Below, piece by piece: positions 41,373 to 52,669 of a DNA stretch of 64,000 bases. Each line of letters starts with the position of its first letter. Positions within the stretch are counted from its first letter, which is position 1. The stretch comes from an uncultured Lachnospiraceae bacterium (lineage in GTDB: Bacteria > Bacillota > Clostridia > Lachnospirales > Lachnospiraceae), in the NCBI GenBank assembly GCA_963553525.1, contig CAUVOD010000004.1:2125-66124 (forward strand), given 5' to 3'. The notes under the pieces were generated by a model. The model was not told the origin of the DNA. It saw nothing but the letters and a program-made list of their open reading frames with translations, and ran no database searches. A program made the position numbers and the translations under genes.

Positions 41373-41738
41373 ATTCCCTCTAAACCCCTTTCAGGAATCG
41401 GGTAAAGCTTGATTTGCGCTTTACTCCGGTGTAAATATCTACGTCAAAAACAGAATTTTTATTTTCTGTCATAGGTATCGTAAGTATACACCGAAAGAAG
41501 CTTGAATGAAATATACTTTATAAAACTTTTGTTATCTACCCGTTATTACTGAATTCGCCAAGTTCTCCGGCTTACCCGGGATTCGGCTCAGTTCACGTAT
41601 AAATAAAAAAGGACCGGCAAGCCACTATTGTGGAATAATGTTTGCGGATCCTTCCTCTGATATGTGTCTCAAACACACAGCCACGAAAAGCTTATGCCTG
41701 TGAATATTACAAAGCAATTCACTTAAACGTACACTTTT

Positions 41739-41766
41739 ATATCGGTGTAAAAATATCTTTACTTAA
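41739..41766 (-). promoter_or_regulatory. Sigma-28 (FliA/SigD)-like promoter of the mbl-flg operon
   Basis: TTAA-N16-ACCGATAT versus consensus TAAA-N15/16-GCCGATAT, upstream of flagellar genes. Confidence 0.65.
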
Positions 41767-41784
41767 CCCCTTTTTTGATATTTT

Positions 41785-44709
41785 TTATCGGTTTTTCGTT
41801 TTCGGAAGCATTTTTTTGATGTATCTGCCCGTATATGAACACTTACACTCAGATACTTCCTCCGGCGTGCCTGCCGCCACTATCTCTCCTCCGCCGTCTC
41901 CTCCTTCGGGACCAAGGTCTACTATGTAATCGGCGGTTTTTATCACATCAAGATTATGCTCTATCACTATTACCGTATTTCCGTTATCGGTAAGCTTGTT
42001 TATTATGCTTACAAGCTTTTGGACATCGGCAAAATGAAGCCCGGTCGTAGGCTCATCCAATATATAAACGGTACGTCCGGTAGCTACCTTGGACAGCTCG
42101 GTCGCAAGCTTCACCCTTTGAGCCTCACCTCCCGAGAGCTCGGTGGACGGCTGTCCCAGCTTGACATAACCCAGTCCAACATCATATATGGTCTGTATCT
42201 TCCTCTTTATGGTCGGCACGTTTTCAAAAAATTTGAGCGCTTCCTCGACCGTCATGTCGAGCACTTCAAATATATTTTTTCCCTTATATCTGACCTCAAG
42301 AGTTTCCCTGTTGTACCTTTTGCCGTGACAGACCTCACAGGGTACGTACACATCCGGCAAAAAGTGCATTTCTATCTTTATTATCCCGTCGCCCGAGCAG
42401 GCTTCACAGCGTCCACCCTTTACATTAAAAGAAAATCTGCCCTTTTGATAGCCTCTCGCCCTTGCATCGGGAGTTTCCGCAAAAAGATTTCTGATAAGAT
42501 CGAAAACTCCCGTATAGGTCGCAGGATTTGATCTCGGCGTTCTTCCTATCGGAGACTGATCTATGTCTATGACCTTATCAAGCTGGTCGAACCCGCTTAT
42601 GCCGTCATGCTTTCCGGCTATCGTCCTCGCCCTGTTAAGCTCCTTTGCAAGCGATTTATGGAGAATTTCATTTATAAGCGAGCTTTTTCCCGATCCTGAA
42701 ACTCCCGTTACGCAGGTGAAAACTCTTAAAGGGAGCTTTACGTCTATATTTTTTAAATTATTTTCCCTGGCTCCCTTAATCTCCAGCCAGCCTTCCGGCC
42801 GTCTTCTTGACAAGGGAACTTCTATCTTGAGCTTTCCCGAAAGATAGCTTCCCGTCACGGACTCCGGATTTTTCATTATCTCCTCCGCAGTTCCCGCAGC
42901 AACTATCTTTCCGCCGTGAGAACCCGCTCCCGGACCCACATCTACTATGAAGTCGGCTTCCCTCATGGTATCCTCGTCATGTTCAACCACTATAAGCGTA
43001 TTGCCCAAATCCCTTAGATTTTTTAAGGTATTGAGGAGCTTATCGTTGTCTCTTTGATGAAGTCCTATCGAAGGCTCGTCCAGTATATAGCAGACGCCGC
43101 AAAGTCCCGATCCTATCTGCGTGGCAAGTCTTATGCGCTGAGCTTCTCCGCCGGAAAGAGTTCCCGTTGCTCTTGTCAGATTCAGATAATCAAGCCCCAC
43201 GTCCTTCAAAAAACCTACCCTTGCCCTTATTTCCTTTAAAATCTGTGCCGCAATCATAAGCTGCTGATCGCCGAGCTTCAAATTTTCCAGATATTCCACC
43301 AATTTCGCAACACTCATATTTGTTATTTCATGAATATTTTTGCCGCTCACCGTTACGGCAAGCGACTCCTTTTTGAGCCTCTGTCCCGAGCATAGCGCAC
43401 AGGGCGTTATACGCATATATTCTTCATATTCGGCTTTTGCAGTTTCCGAAAAGGTTTCCCTGTACCTCTGCTCCACATTTTTTATCAGCCCCTCAAAAAC
43501 CGTAGGATAATTACCCTCTCCCCTTTGTCCGACATAATGTACGGTCACCGATTTGTCCGCTCCGTACATGAGCATATTTCTTATTTTTTCGGGAAGCTCT
43601 TTATAAGGGGTGTCCATGCTGAATTTATATTCCTTTTCCAGAGCCTTAAGCAGAGCGTTTGAAAAGCTTCCCGCCTTGTTTGAAGACTGCCAGCCCATGA
43701 CGGCTATACAACCCTCATTAAGAGAAAGACTTTTATCGGGTATCATAAGATCCTCGTCAAATTCCATCTTGTACCCGAGACCCGAGCATTCGGGGCAGGC
43801 GCCGAAAGGATTGTTGAACGAAAAGCTTCTGGGCTCTATTTCGGGAACGCTTATTCCGCAGTCGGGACAGGCAAAGCTCTGCGAAAACGTAAGCTCTTCA
43901 CCTCCTATAACATCGACACTTACAAGTCCCTCCGCAAGCTTGAGAGCCGATTCGAGAGAATCGCTCAGTCTTGCTCCGAATTTGGAAGCGTCTTCATTTT
44001 TGTCGGTTTTTTTTATTACAAGCCTGTCGACTATAACATCTATTGAGTGCTTTACATTTTTATCGAGACTTATTTCCTCGGAAAGATCATATTGACTGCC
44101 GTCTATTCTCACCCTTGAATAGCCCGCTCTTTTTACTCTGTCGAGAACCTTTTCATGCCTGCCTTTTTTGCCTCTTACGATAGGTGCCAGTATTTGTATT
44201 CTCGATGCATCGTCCAACAGCATAATGCGATCAGCCATTTCATCAACAGTCTGTCTTCTTATCTCTCTTCCGCAATTCGGACAATGAGGTATCCCTATTC
44301 GAGCATATAAGAGTCTGAAATAATCATATATTTCCGTGACCGTCCCGACAGTTGACCTGGGGTTTCTGTTGGTAGATTTCTGATCTATAGAAATAGTAGG
44401 AGATAAGCCCTCTATGCTTTCAACATTAGGCTTTTCCATCTGTCCCAAAAACATTCTGGCATAGGAAGACAGAGACTCCATGTATCTGCGCTGCCCCTCT
44501 GCAAATATGGTATCGAAGGCAAGCGATGATTTTCCGCTGCCCGAAAGTCCCGTAAGAACGGTCAAAGTCTCTCTGGGTATATCCACATCAACCGATTGCA
44601 GATTGTTTTCGGCTGCCCCTCTTATTTTTATATATCCTTTCGGATTCATATGAACCGCTGTCGTCCTGCGCTTTGTGGTATTTTGTTTGGTAAGTCTGTT
44701 TTCAGGCAT
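41785..44709 (-). CDS. uvrA: Excinuclease ABC subunit A
   Basis: [14 protein letters not shown], two ABC cassettes, zinc fingers, LSGGEAQR twice. Confidence 0.98.
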   Translation of the reverse strand: MPENRLTKQNTTKRRTTAVHMNPKGYIKIRGAAENNLQSVDVDIPRETLTVLTGLSGSGKSSLAFDTIFAEGQRRYMESLSSYARMFLGQMEKPNVESIEGLSPTISIDQKSTNRNPRSTVGTVTEIYDYFRLLYARIGIPHCPNCGREIRRQTVDEMADRIMLLDDASRIQILAPIVRGKKGRHEKVLDRVKRAGYSRVRIDGSQYDLSEEISLDKNVKHSIDVIVDRLVIKKTDKNEDASKFGARLSDSLESALKLAEGLVSVDVIGGEELTFSQSFACPDCGISVPEIEPRSFSFNNPFGACPECSGLGYKMEFDEDLMIPDKSLSLNEGCIAVMGWQSSNKAGSFSNALLKALEKEYKFSMDTPYKELPEKIRNMLMYGADKSVTVHYVGQRGEGNYPTVFEGLIKNVEQRYRETFSETAKAEYEEYMRITPCALCSGQRLKKESLAVTVSGKNIHEITNMSVAKLVEYLENLKLGDQQLMIAAQILKEIRARVGFLKDVGLDYLNLTRATGTLSGGEAQRIRLATQIGSGLCGVCYILDEPSIGLHQRDNDKLLNTLKNLRDLGNTLIVVEHDEDTMREADFIVDVGPGAGSHGGKIVAAGTAEEIMKNPESVTGSYLSGKLKIEVPLSRRRPEGWLEIKGARENNLKNIDVKLPLRVFTCVTGVSGSGKSSLINEILHKSLAKELNRARTIAGKHDGISGFDQLDKVIDIDQSPIGRTPRSNPATYTGVFDLIRNLFAETPDARARGYQKGRFSFNVKGGRCEACSGDGIIKIEMHFLPDVYVPCEVCHGKRYNRETLEVRYKGKNIFEVLDMTVEEALKFFENVPTIKRKIQTIYDVGLGYVKLGQPSTELSGGEAQRVKLATELSKVATGRTVYILDEPTTGLHFADVQKLVSIINKLTDNGNTVIVIEHNLDVIKTADYIVDLGPEGGDGGGEIVAAGTPEEVSECKCSYTGRYIKKMLPKTKNR

Positions 44710-44729
44710 CGTATTTCCTCATTTCAAAA

Positions 44730-44741
44730 AAACATATGTTC
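44730..44741 (-). promoter_or_regulatory. LexA (SOS) box upstream of uvrA
   Basis: GAAC-ATAT-GTTT matches Gram-positive GAAC-N4-GTTC with one mismatch, 20 nt from the uvrA ATG. Confidence 0.7.
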
Positions 44742-44900
44742 TGACAGTTTATCACGTTTTACGGCGGATATTTCAAAAATTTGTATAAAATATGTGTTCT
44801 TACTTCCTTTCACTTAAACGCTGCGAAGTGTAAGAAAAATCCGATTAATAACTTTAACGTATTATAGTAAATGAAAAAGGGAATAAATCCGATAAAAACA

Positions 44901-44925
44901 GCCGTTTGAATAAAAGAACAACGGC
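44901..44925 (-). terminator. Putative terminator of the glycosylation operon
   Basis: GCCGTT/AACGGC stem followed by TGTTTTT on minus strand. Confidence 0.45.
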
Positions 44926-44985
44926 AATGAAAAGCAATAAAGAATATATAGAGGTTTTAAAAGAAGCTTGAAGAATTAAGCGGAG

Positions 44986-45939
44986 CTAAACATCCTCGAT
45001 CTCCGCTTTTTTCCCGGAAACAACCTCTCTTATAACATACTGGGGAGCCGCATTGATGCTTATATACAGTCTGCCTATGTATTCACCTATAAGCCCCAGC
45101 ATCAGCATCAGCATACCCCCTATGAAGAGCATAAAAGACATCATGGCGCTCCAGCCTACCGGTATATCCGGATGTATGAAAATTTTCTTTATAACAGTCC
45201 AGATACCGTACAAAAATCCGAAGCCCGCAAAAATCCCTCCTCCTGCGGTCGCGATTCTCAAGGGCTTTACGCTGAATGAGGTAAATCCGTTAAGCCAAAG
45301 TCCGATAAGCTTGGAAAATGTATAGCCGCTTGCTCCCAGCTCTCTGTTTCTGTGATCCACGGGCACATTGGCTATGTTTTTAGTTGTACGAAGCACAAGA
45401 CCTATCAAATAGGGATAGGCGTTTTCATATCTAAGCATCTCTGAAGCCACAAACCTTTTTATCGCAAAATAGCTTGTAACCTCAAGCTTTTTGGGTTTAC
45501 CCAGCATGCTGCACGCCATTTTGTCATTCATCAGAGTTCCGAAATTTCTGAAAAACGACTTGTGCTTATAGGTATATGACGCATATACCGCATCATAGCC
45601 CTCTTCAAGCTTATCTATAAGCCTTTGACATTGATTTGCGGGCGTCTGCCCGTCATCATCCAGGCATATTATGATATCCCCGTCAGCAATCTTCAGTCCC
45701 GCCATGACAGCCGCATGCTGACCGAAGTTTTTGGAAAATTCCACCCCCGTTATGCGAACGTCTTCTCTGCACAGCTTTCTTATTACCTGAAAGGTGTCGT
45801 CGGGAGAGCCGTCGCATACCAATATGATTTCAAAAGTCTGATCTTCCCGCATTACGGATATGATCTCATCCGTTACTTTTTTTATTGTTCCCGCCGATTT
45901 GTAGCAGGGTATGACAAAGCTTATTTTTTTATCCGACAT
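44986..45939 (-). CDS. GT2 glycosyltransferase (ArnC/GtrB-like, polyprenol-phosphate type)
   Basis: VIPCY, DGSPD, NFGQHAA..AGL, LDDDGQ; two C-terminal TM. Confidence 0.88.
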   Translation of the reverse strand: MSDKKISFVIPCYKSAGTIKKVTDEIISVMREDQTFEIILVCDGSPDDTFQVIRKLCREDVRITGVEFSKNFGQHAAVMAGLKIADGDIIICLDDDGQTPANQCQRLIDKLEEGYDAVYASYTYKHKSFFRNFGTLMNDKMACSMLGKPKKLEVTSYFAIKRFVASEMLRYENAYPYLIGLVLRTTKNIANVPVDHRNRELGASGYTFSKLIGLWLNGFTSFSVKPLRIATAGGGIFAGFGFLYGIWTVIKKIFIHPDIPVGWSAMMSFMLFIGGMLMLMLGLIGEYIGRLYISINAAPQYVIREVVSGKKAEIEDV

Positions 45940-45969
45940 TTAATATTTTATCCTGACTCCGATTAGGTT

Positions 45970-47109
45970 TTATGGTCTTGCTTCTTTAAAAAAAGCATAT
46001 ATTTCATCCAGAACTTTTTCCCTGTCTTCCGCTGTAAGACCGTAATACATGGGAAGTCTCAAAAGTCTGTCCGATTCCGTCGTGGTATATTTATCTTCTC
46101 CGGCGAAGCGTCCATATTTTACACCCGCAGGCGCGGAATGGAGCGGTATATAATGCGACGCGCTTAAAACGCCGTTTTCCTTAAGCCTTACAAACATCTC
46201 CGTCCTCGTCTCAAGATCCTTTACTTTTATATAATACATATGAGCATTATGGACACAGCCGTCAGGAATGAAGGGAAGCTCTATCATTCCTTTTTCGGCA
46301 AGAGGAAGCAGTCTTTCATTGTAATAATTCCAGCTTTTTAATCTGTCGGCGTTTATTTCATCCGCAATTTCAAGCTGAGCATAAAGATATGCGGCATTTA
46401 ATTCAGCCGGCAGATAAGAGTCTCCTATATCGACCCAAGTATATTTATCAACCTGACCCCGCTTGAATTTGCTGCGGTTGGTTCCCTTTTCCCTTATTAT
46501 CTCCGCACGCTCAATATATTTTTCTCTGTTGATCAAGATGGCTCCGCCCTCACCCATGGAATAATTTTTAGTCTCATGGAAGGAAAAGCAGCCGAAATCT
46601 CCCAGAGTGCCGAGAGCCTTTCCTTTATAGGTGCTCATGACCGCCTGTGCGGCATCCTCCACTATAAGGAGCTTGTGCCTTCGGGCGATTTCGGAGATTT
46701 TATCCATATCACAGGCTACACCGGCATAGTGTACTACGCATACAGCCCTGGTGCTCGGAGTTATTGCCGCTTCAATGAGCCCTTCATCAATATTCATCGT
46801 ATCCGGTCTGATATCTACGAAAACCGGCGTCGCTCCGGCTAAAATAACCGCATTGGCTGTGGAAGAAAATGTAAACGAGGGCAAAATAACCTCATCTCCC
46901 TTTTTTAAATCACAAAGCAGAAAAGCCATATCCAGAGCGGAAGATCCCGAGGTGGTGAGCAGCGCCTTTTTAGCCGAAAATCTCTCCTCCATCCACATAT
47001 TGCATTTTTTGGTGAAAGAACCGTCTCCGCATATAGTGTGTGAATTTATGGCTTCCTGTATGTATTTGAGTGAATACTCCGCATTGGGAGGGATATTAAA
47101 AGGAATCAT
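45970..47109 (-). CDS. rffA: dTDP-4-amino-4,6-dideoxygalactose transaminase
   Basis: MIPFN.P, EDAAQ, SFHETKN..MGEGG, REKGTNRS.F.RGQVDKYTW. Confidence 0.88.
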   Translation of the reverse strand: MIPFNIPPNAEYSLKYIQEAINSHTICGDGSFTKKCNMWMEERFSAKKALLTTSGSSALDMAFLLCDLKKGDEVILPSFTFSSTANAVILAGATPVFVDIRPDTMNIDEGLIEAAITPSTRAVCVVHYAGVACDMDKISEIARRHKLLIVEDAAQAVMSTYKGKALGTLGDFGCFSFHETKNYSMGEGGAILINREKYIERAEIIREKGTNRSKFKRGQVDKYTWVDIGDSYLPAELNAAYLYAQLEIADEINADRLKSWNYYNERLLPLAEKGMIELPFIPDGCVHNAHMYYIKVKDLETRTEMFVRLKENGVLSASHYIPLHSAPAGVKYGRFAGEDKYTTTESDRLLRLPMYYGLTAEDREKVLDEIYAFFKEARP

Positions 47110-47170
47110 GGCTTTTTTGCCTCACTTTCCGTTATGTGTTGTCCTATGTCAGCCTGAAGCCGACGGTATT

Positions 47171-49009
47171 TTATTCAACGGTTACGCTCTTTGCAAGGTT
47201 TCTGGGCTTATCTACATCCAGCCCCTTGGCTACGCTTACATAGTATGCCATAAGCTGGAGAGGTATCACTGCAAGACTTGCCGTAAAATGCGGGTCGGTC
47301 TTGGGTACATAAACGCAAAAATCGACCACGTCCTCCGCCTCATACGAGCCGTAAGCCGTAAGTCCCATGAGATATGCCCCCCTGCTTCTTACCTCCTCCA
47401 TATTGGAAAGAGTTTTTTCAAACACATGTCTTTGAGTTATAAGTCCTATTACCAGCGTTCCGTCCTCGATAAGACTTATGGTTCCGTGCTTCATTTCCCC
47501 CGCCGCATAGGCTTCCGAATGAATATAGGAAAGCTCCTTTAATTTAAGAGAACCCTCCATTGCTATTGCATAATCAAGTCCTCTGCCCAAAAAGAATATG
47601 TCCTTGGCAGCCGCATACTTGGCTGCAAACCATTGTATTCTTTCTTTGTCGTCAAGAACCTTTTGTATCTGCCCGGAAAGCTTATCAAGCTGAGAAATCA
47701 TCTCGGAATATTTTTCGGAATTAAGCCTTTTTTGCCCCCTTGCGCACTCCATCGCTATGAGATAGCAGACTATAAGCTGAGCGGAATAAGCCTTGGTCGT
47801 CGCAACTGATATTTCGGGTCCCGCATAGGTTTGAAGCACATAGTCAGCTTCTCTTGCTATTGTTGAACCTACCACGTTTACTATGCCGATAACGGGTATT
47901 CCCTTTTCCTTTGCAAGTCTCATGGCGGCTATCGTGTCGGCGGTTTCTCCGGACTGAGAAATGACTATTACCATAGAACCTTCTTCAAGTCTCGGATCTC
48001 TGTATCTGAATTCGCTTGCAAAATCAACATCGCAGGATGTATCGGTCAGATCCTCTATTACATATTTGGCACAGCAGCCGACATGATATGCCGATCCGCA
48101 GGCTACTATATGAAATCTCGTAACCGTTCCCAAAACCTTCCAGTCAAGACCGCTCGCATCGAACTTTATATTTCCGTCCTGAACATAGGCGTGAACGGTA
48201 TCATGAACCGCCTGAGGCTGCTCGTGTATTTCCTTGAGCATATAATGCTCATAGCCGCCCTTTTCGGCGGACTCCGCATCCCATTCCACCACCGTAGCTT
48301 CTTTTTTTACCGTCTCTCTATCTATATTAAAAAAAGACAACTCATCTGCACTTATAGCAGCTATTTCCATATTGTCCATATAAAAGACCGAGCGGGTATG
48401 CTCAATCAAAGCGGATACGTCGGACGCAAGATAAATCCCGTCATCCGCCTTTCCTATGATAAGAGGAGTATCCTTTCTCGCCGCAAATATTTTATCCGCA
48501 TGATTTTTGAACATAACGGCAAGAGAATACGATCCTCTCATCCTCAGCATGGTACGTGAAATGGCTTCAAGAGGATCTCCGGTTTTTTTGTAATAGTAAT
48601 CTATAAGCTTTATTGCACATTCGGTATCGGTTTGAGAATAAAAGCCGTAGCCCGCACGAATAAGCTTTTCTTTTATCTCTACATAATTGTCTATTACGCC
48701 GTTATGCACTCCCACTACGGTCTTTTCTTCATTGGCATGAGGATGGGCATTGGTAACCGAAGGCTCTCCATGCGTAGCCCAACGCGTATGTCCTATACCC
48801 GAAAATCCGGGAAGGGCGTTTCCGTTGTCCGTTTTTTCTTCAAGAGCCTTGAGCCTGCCCTTGGATTTGACAATCTCTATATTTCCGCTCTCTTTATTCA
48901 GAACGGCAAGACCCGCCGAATCATAGCCTCTGTATTCAAGCCTCGATAAGCCGTGTAAAAGAATCGGAGCCGCCTGTTTTCTTCCGATATAACCTACTAT
49001 TCCGCACAT
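47171..49009 (-). CDS. glmS: Glutamine--fructose-6-phosphate transaminase
   Basis: MCGIVG, LEYRGYDSAG, GHTRWATHG, SQSGETADT, DKPRNLAKSVTVE. Confidence 0.97.
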   Translation of the reverse strand: MCGIVGYIGRKQAAPILLHGLSRLEYRGYDSAGLAVLNKESGNIEIVKSKGRLKALEEKTDNGNALPGFSGIGHTRWATHGEPSVTNAHPHANEEKTVVGVHNGVIDNYVEIKEKLIRAGYGFYSQTDTECAIKLIDYYYKKTGDPLEAISRTMLRMRGSYSLAVMFKNHADKIFAARKDTPLIIGKADDGIYLASDVSALIEHTRSVFYMDNMEIAAISADELSFFNIDRETVKKEATVVEWDAESAEKGGYEHYMLKEIHEQPQAVHDTVHAYVQDGNIKFDASGLDWKVLGTVTRFHIVACGSAYHVGCCAKYVIEDLTDTSCDVDFASEFRYRDPRLEEGSMVIVISQSGETADTIAAMRLAKEKGIPVIGIVNVVGSTIAREADYVLQTYAGPEISVATTKAYSAQLIVCYLIAMECARGQKRLNSEKYSEMISQLDKLSGQIQKVLDDKERIQWFAAKYAAAKDIFFLGRGLDYAIAMEGSLKLKELSYIHSEAYAAGEMKHGTISLIEDGTLVIGLITQRHVFEKTLSNMEEVRSRGAYLMGLTAYGSYEAEDVVDFCVYVPKTDPHFTASLAVIPLQLMAYYVSVAKGLDVDKPRNLAKSVTVE

Positions 49010-49024
49010 AATAAGCCTTTCCTG

Positions 49025-50197
49025 TTACTTTTTATATCTTTCAATCAGTTTTTTGACCGCAGCTATAACATCATTTTGATCTTCGTCCGTCATTTTCGGA
49101 AAAAGAGGTATTGACATAATTGAAGAATATACCTTTTCCGCTGTAGGGCAAGAGCCTTTTTCATAACCCATTTTTCTGTAATTGCTGAAATAATATACGG
49201 GTATATAGTGAATTTGGCAATATATATTTTCCTCTCTCATTGCTTCAAAAAACTCTTTTCTCGTACAGCTCAGCCTATCCAAATCCAATCTGATCGTATA
49301 CAAATGCCGTGTGGCGTCCGAATATTCGGGACTTTTTTGAGTAATTATTTCAGGAATTCCGGAAAATGCTTCGTCATACCTTTTTACAAGCCTTTTTCTC
49401 AATTTAGAAAATTTATCAAGCTTGTCAAGCTGACTTATCAAAAGAGCGGCTGATATATCGGTCATCCTGTAATTATAGCCGAGAAAAACCTGATCATAAT
49501 ACCATGATCCGAAATCATCCTTATCACCCGTGTACTTTATAAACTCATGATCATGCTCCATTCCGTGAGATCTGAAAAGAGCAGCCCTTTCCGCATAATC
49601 CTTATTGTTCGTAAGCAGCGCCCCGCCCTCTCCGGCAGTAACCGTCTTGACGGGGTGAAAGGACATACAGGTGATATCGGCATAGCTTCCGCAGGGCCTT
49701 CCCTTGTATCTTGAGCCTATTGCATGAGCCGCATCTTCTATAAAAACAAGCTTATACTCATCACAGATCATTCTTATACTGTCGGCGTCGGCAACCTCTC
49801 CCGCATAATCTACCGCAATAACGGCTTTTGTCCTGCCGCTTATTTTTTCCCTTACGGAGTCGGGAGAAATATTATACGTCTCCGGGTCAATATCCGCAAA
49901 TACCGGTTTTGCTCCCACATATAATATGCAGTTTGCGCTCGCCATAAATGTAAAAGGGGTGACGATTACTTCGTCTCCCTCTCCTATTCCGGCGGCAAAG
50001 CAGGCAGCGTGAAGGGCGCTTGTCGCACTGTTTACGGTACAGGCATACGAAGCTCCCGTTATCTTTTTGAGCTTTTCCTCAAGCTCCGCAATTTTGGGAC
50101 CGCAGGTCAGAAAGTCACTTTTTAAAGTATCGGTGACAGCCGCTATATCGGCGTCGTCTATCCATTGCTTCCCGTAAGGAAGAGGGGTTTGTCGCAT
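49025..50197 (-). CDS. pseC: PseC-like DegT/DnrJ sugar aminotransferase
   Basis: LPYGKQWID, NSATSALH, EDAAHA, SFHPVK..TAGEGG, LGYNYRMTD. Confidence 0.75.
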   Translation of the reverse strand: MRQTPLPYGKQWIDDADIAAVTDTLKSDFLTCGPKIAELEEKLKKITGASYACTVNSATSALHAACFAAGIGEGDEVIVTPFTFMASANCILYVGAKPVFADIDPETYNISPDSVREKISGRTKAVIAVDYAGEVADADSIRMICDEYKLVFIEDAAHAIGSRYKGRPCGSYADITCMSFHPVKTVTAGEGGALLTNNKDYAERAALFRSHGMEHDHEFIKYTGDKDDFGSWYYDQVFLGYNYRMTDISAALLISQLDKLDKFSKLRKRLVKRYDEAFSGIPEIITQKSPEYSDATRHLYTIRLDLDRLSCTRKEFFEAMREENIYCQIHYIPVYYFSNYRKMGYEKGSCPTAEKVYSSIMSIPLFPKMTDEDQNDVIAAVKKLIERYKK

Positions 50198-50200
50198 AAA

Positions 50201-50360
50201 AAATTACCTCCTTCGCATATCACGCATCCATGCGTGATATATACGCTCGCAGTTAATTTTCAGAGCGTCCTGCTCCAAAAAAATCATCTACTTCGCATGT
50301 CACGCATCCGTGCGTGACATATTCGCTCGTAGCTGATTTTCAGAGCGTCCTGCTCTAAAA
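50201..50360 (-). repeat. 80-bp tandem duplication, four GGA-loop hairpins
   Basis: Units 50201-50280 and 50281-50360; on minus strand GAGC-AGGAC-GCTC and TRTCACGC-AYGGAT-GCGTGAYA. Confidence 0.93.
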
Positions 50361-50381
50361 ATCATTTCAAATGTCATATAA

Positions 50382-51335
50382 CTATCTCTTGAATCTTCCG
50401 TTTGCATCAAGGTAGTTTTCTTTTACGTCCTCGTATGCGAGCCTTATTCCGTCTTTTAACTCCGTTTTGTATGTCCAGCCGAGATTTTTTGCTTTTGACA
50501 CGTCAAGCAGCTTTCTGGGCGTTCCGTTGGGCTTTGAGGTATCCCATTTTATTTTACCCTCATAGCCTACAACCTCAGCCACCATTTCTGACAGCTCCTT
50601 TATTGTGATTTCTTTTCCCGTTCCCGCATTTACCGTCTCGTTTCCGGAATAATTGTTCATAAGAAAAACCGCAAGATCCGCAAGATCGTCTACATATAGA
50701 AATTCTCTGAGAGGCGATCCGTCTCCCCAGCATACCACCTCGTCCGCACCGTCCAATTTGGCTTCGTGGAAGCGTCTTATAAGAGCGGGCAGAACGTGAG
50801 ACCTCTTTTCCTCGTAATTATCACCCTTGCCGTACAGATTGGTCGGCATAAGAGAAATATAGTCAGTGCCGTACTGCATATTGAGATATTCGCAGTATTT
50901 AAGCCCGGATATCTTTGCAAGAGCATAGCCCTCGTTCGTCTTTTCCAAAGCGCCGCCAAGCAGCGAATCCTCTCTTATAGGCTGGGGAGCCATTCTCGGA
51001 TATATACAGGATGATCCGAGAAATTCAAGCTTTTTTACATTATTTTTGTGGGACGAATGTATTACATTCATCTCCATTATCATGTTCTGATACAAAAAGT
51101 CCGCAAGTGCGGACGCATTGGCTCCTATACCCCCGACCTTGGCGGCAGCCAAAAATACGTATTCGGGCTTTTCCTCTTCAAAAAAATCCTCGACGTCCTT
51201 CTGCCTTTCGAGATCAAGCTCCGAATGTGTTCTCGTTATTATATTGCGGTAGCCGTCTTCCTTAAGCTTTCTTAAAATAGCTCCGCCTACCATACCTCTG
51301 TGTCCTGCTACGAATATTTTTGAATTAAGCTCCAT
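50382..51335 (-). CDS. fcl: GDP-L-fucose synthase
   Basis: AGHRGMVG, AAAKVGGI, GSSCIYP, PTNLYG, WGDGSPLREF; start at ATG 51335. Confidence 0.95.
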   Translation of the reverse strand: MELNSKIFVAGHRGMVGGAILRKLKEDGYRNIITRTHSELDLERQKDVEDFFEEEKPEYVFLAAAKVGGIGANASALADFLYQNMIMEMNVIHSSHKNNVKKLEFLGSSCIYPRMAPQPIREDSLLGGALEKTNEGYALAKISGLKYCEYLNMQYGTDYISLMPTNLYGKGDNYEEKRSHVLPALIRRFHEAKLDGADEVVCWGDGSPLREFLYVDDLADLAVFLMNNYSGNETVNAGTGKEITIKELSEMVAEVVGYEGKIKWDTSKPNGTPRKLLDVSKAKNLGWTYKTELKDGIRLAYEDVKENYLDANGRFKR

Positions 51336-51455
51336 TTTCTCTTCTTTCATCTGTAATAAGGGCGATTGCGCTAAACGCACTTGCCGCTGCAAACCGCTGT
51401 GCTTAAGACTTTGATCGCAGCGGTTAAAATACAAAACTTCATCTCACTGAATATA

Positions 51456-52511
51456 TCAGGCATTTTCACGTAAAATACGCTCTTTCCTTGCAAGCTCTCT
51501 GTCGTGAGACGCCATAATATGTATCAGCTCCTCATAACTTGTTTTTTCGGGATTCCACTTGAGAATTTCCTTTGCTTTTTTCGGATCTCCCCAGAGATTA
51601 TCAACATCGGTGGGTCTAAGCCATTTCGCATTTACCGTGACAAGAACCTTTCCCGTCTTTACATCTATTCCCTTTTCATCAGCGCCTTTTCCTTCCCAGA
51701 ACAACTCAATCCCGTTTTCCTTAAAAGCCCTCTCGGTAAAATCTCTCACGGTATGCTGCTTTCCGGTTGCGATTACAAAATCGTCCGGCTCATCCTGTTG
51801 AAGCATGAGCCACATACACTCGACATAATCCTTGGCATAACCCCAGTCGCGCTTTGAATCAAGGTTTCCCAGCTCAAGCGTATCCTGTATTCCCTCCGCT
51901 ATCCTTCCCGCAGCCAGAGTGATTTTTCTTGTGACGAAGGTCTCTCCCCTTCTTTCAGACTCGTGGTTGAACAGGATTCCGTTCACGGCATACATACTGT
52001 ACGCATGGCGGTACTCCTTTACTATCCAGTAGCCGTACTGCTTGGCTACCGCATAGGGACTGTAAGGATAAAAGGGAGTATTTTCATTTTGGGGAACCTC
52101 CACAACTCTGCCGTAAAGCTCCGATGTGGACGCCTGATATATGCGGGTAAGCTTTTCTCTTTTTAAAATCCTTACGGCTTCCAGTATACGCAGAACGCCG
52201 AGAGCATCGACCTCTCCCGTATACTCGGAGGACTCGAAGCTCACATGAACATGACTTTGAGCCGCAAGATTATATATTTCATCCGGAGCCGCTTCTCCGA
52301 CAGCTTTTATGATTGAAGAGGTATCGCTGAGATCTCCGTCATGAAGAGTTATAAGATTTTTTTCCAAAAGATGGTCGATACGGGCGGTATTGGACAATGA
52401 AGTCCTACGTATAAGCCCGTGCACCTCATAATTTTTTTCCAAAAGAAATTCGGCAAGATACGAACCGTCCTGCCCGGTTATCCCTGTTATAAGCGCCTTT
52501 TTTAAAGCCAT
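51456..52511 (-). CDS. gmd: GDP-mannose 4,6-dehydratase
   Basis: [42 protein letters not shown]. Confidence 0.96.
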   Translation of the reverse strand: MALKKALITGITGQDGSYLAEFLLEKNYEVHGLIRRTSLSNTARIDHLLEKNLITLHDGDLSDTSSIIKAVGEAAPDEIYNLAAQSHVHVSFESSEYTGEVDALGVLRILEAVRILKREKLTRIYQASTSELYGRVVEVPQNENTPFYPYSPYAVAKQYGYWIVKEYRHAYSMYAVNGILFNHESERRGETFVTRKITLAAGRIAEGIQDTLELGNLDSKRDWGYAKDYVECMWLMLQQDEPDDFVIATGKQHTVRDFTERAFKENGIELFWEGKGADEKGIDVKTGKVLVTVNAKWLRPTDVDNLWGDPKKAKEILKWNPEKTSYEELIHIMASHDRELARKERILRENA

Positions 52512-52669
52512 TTAATTCCCCCCGAAAAACCGAATCGTCTATAACTCTACCAGTATAATTTAATTCCATACAAAGAGCAAACAAGGAGCTGCAGCGAAAC
52601 GCCGCCGCAGGCTCCTTACATATACTTAAACATTACAGGCAGCCTCGGTTAAACGCCGCTGTATATATT

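Noticed and set aside
44868..44971. TAAA-N16-TCCGATAA on plus strand followed by a 14-codon ORF (MKSNKEYIEVLKEA)
   Set aside because: No SD, AT-rich context, points into a terminator and a convergent gene; too weak without transcript data
51360..52665. Intergenic hairpins containing AAACGC either side of gmd
   Set aside because: Irregular stems and no consistent consensus; may be terminators or decayed repeats
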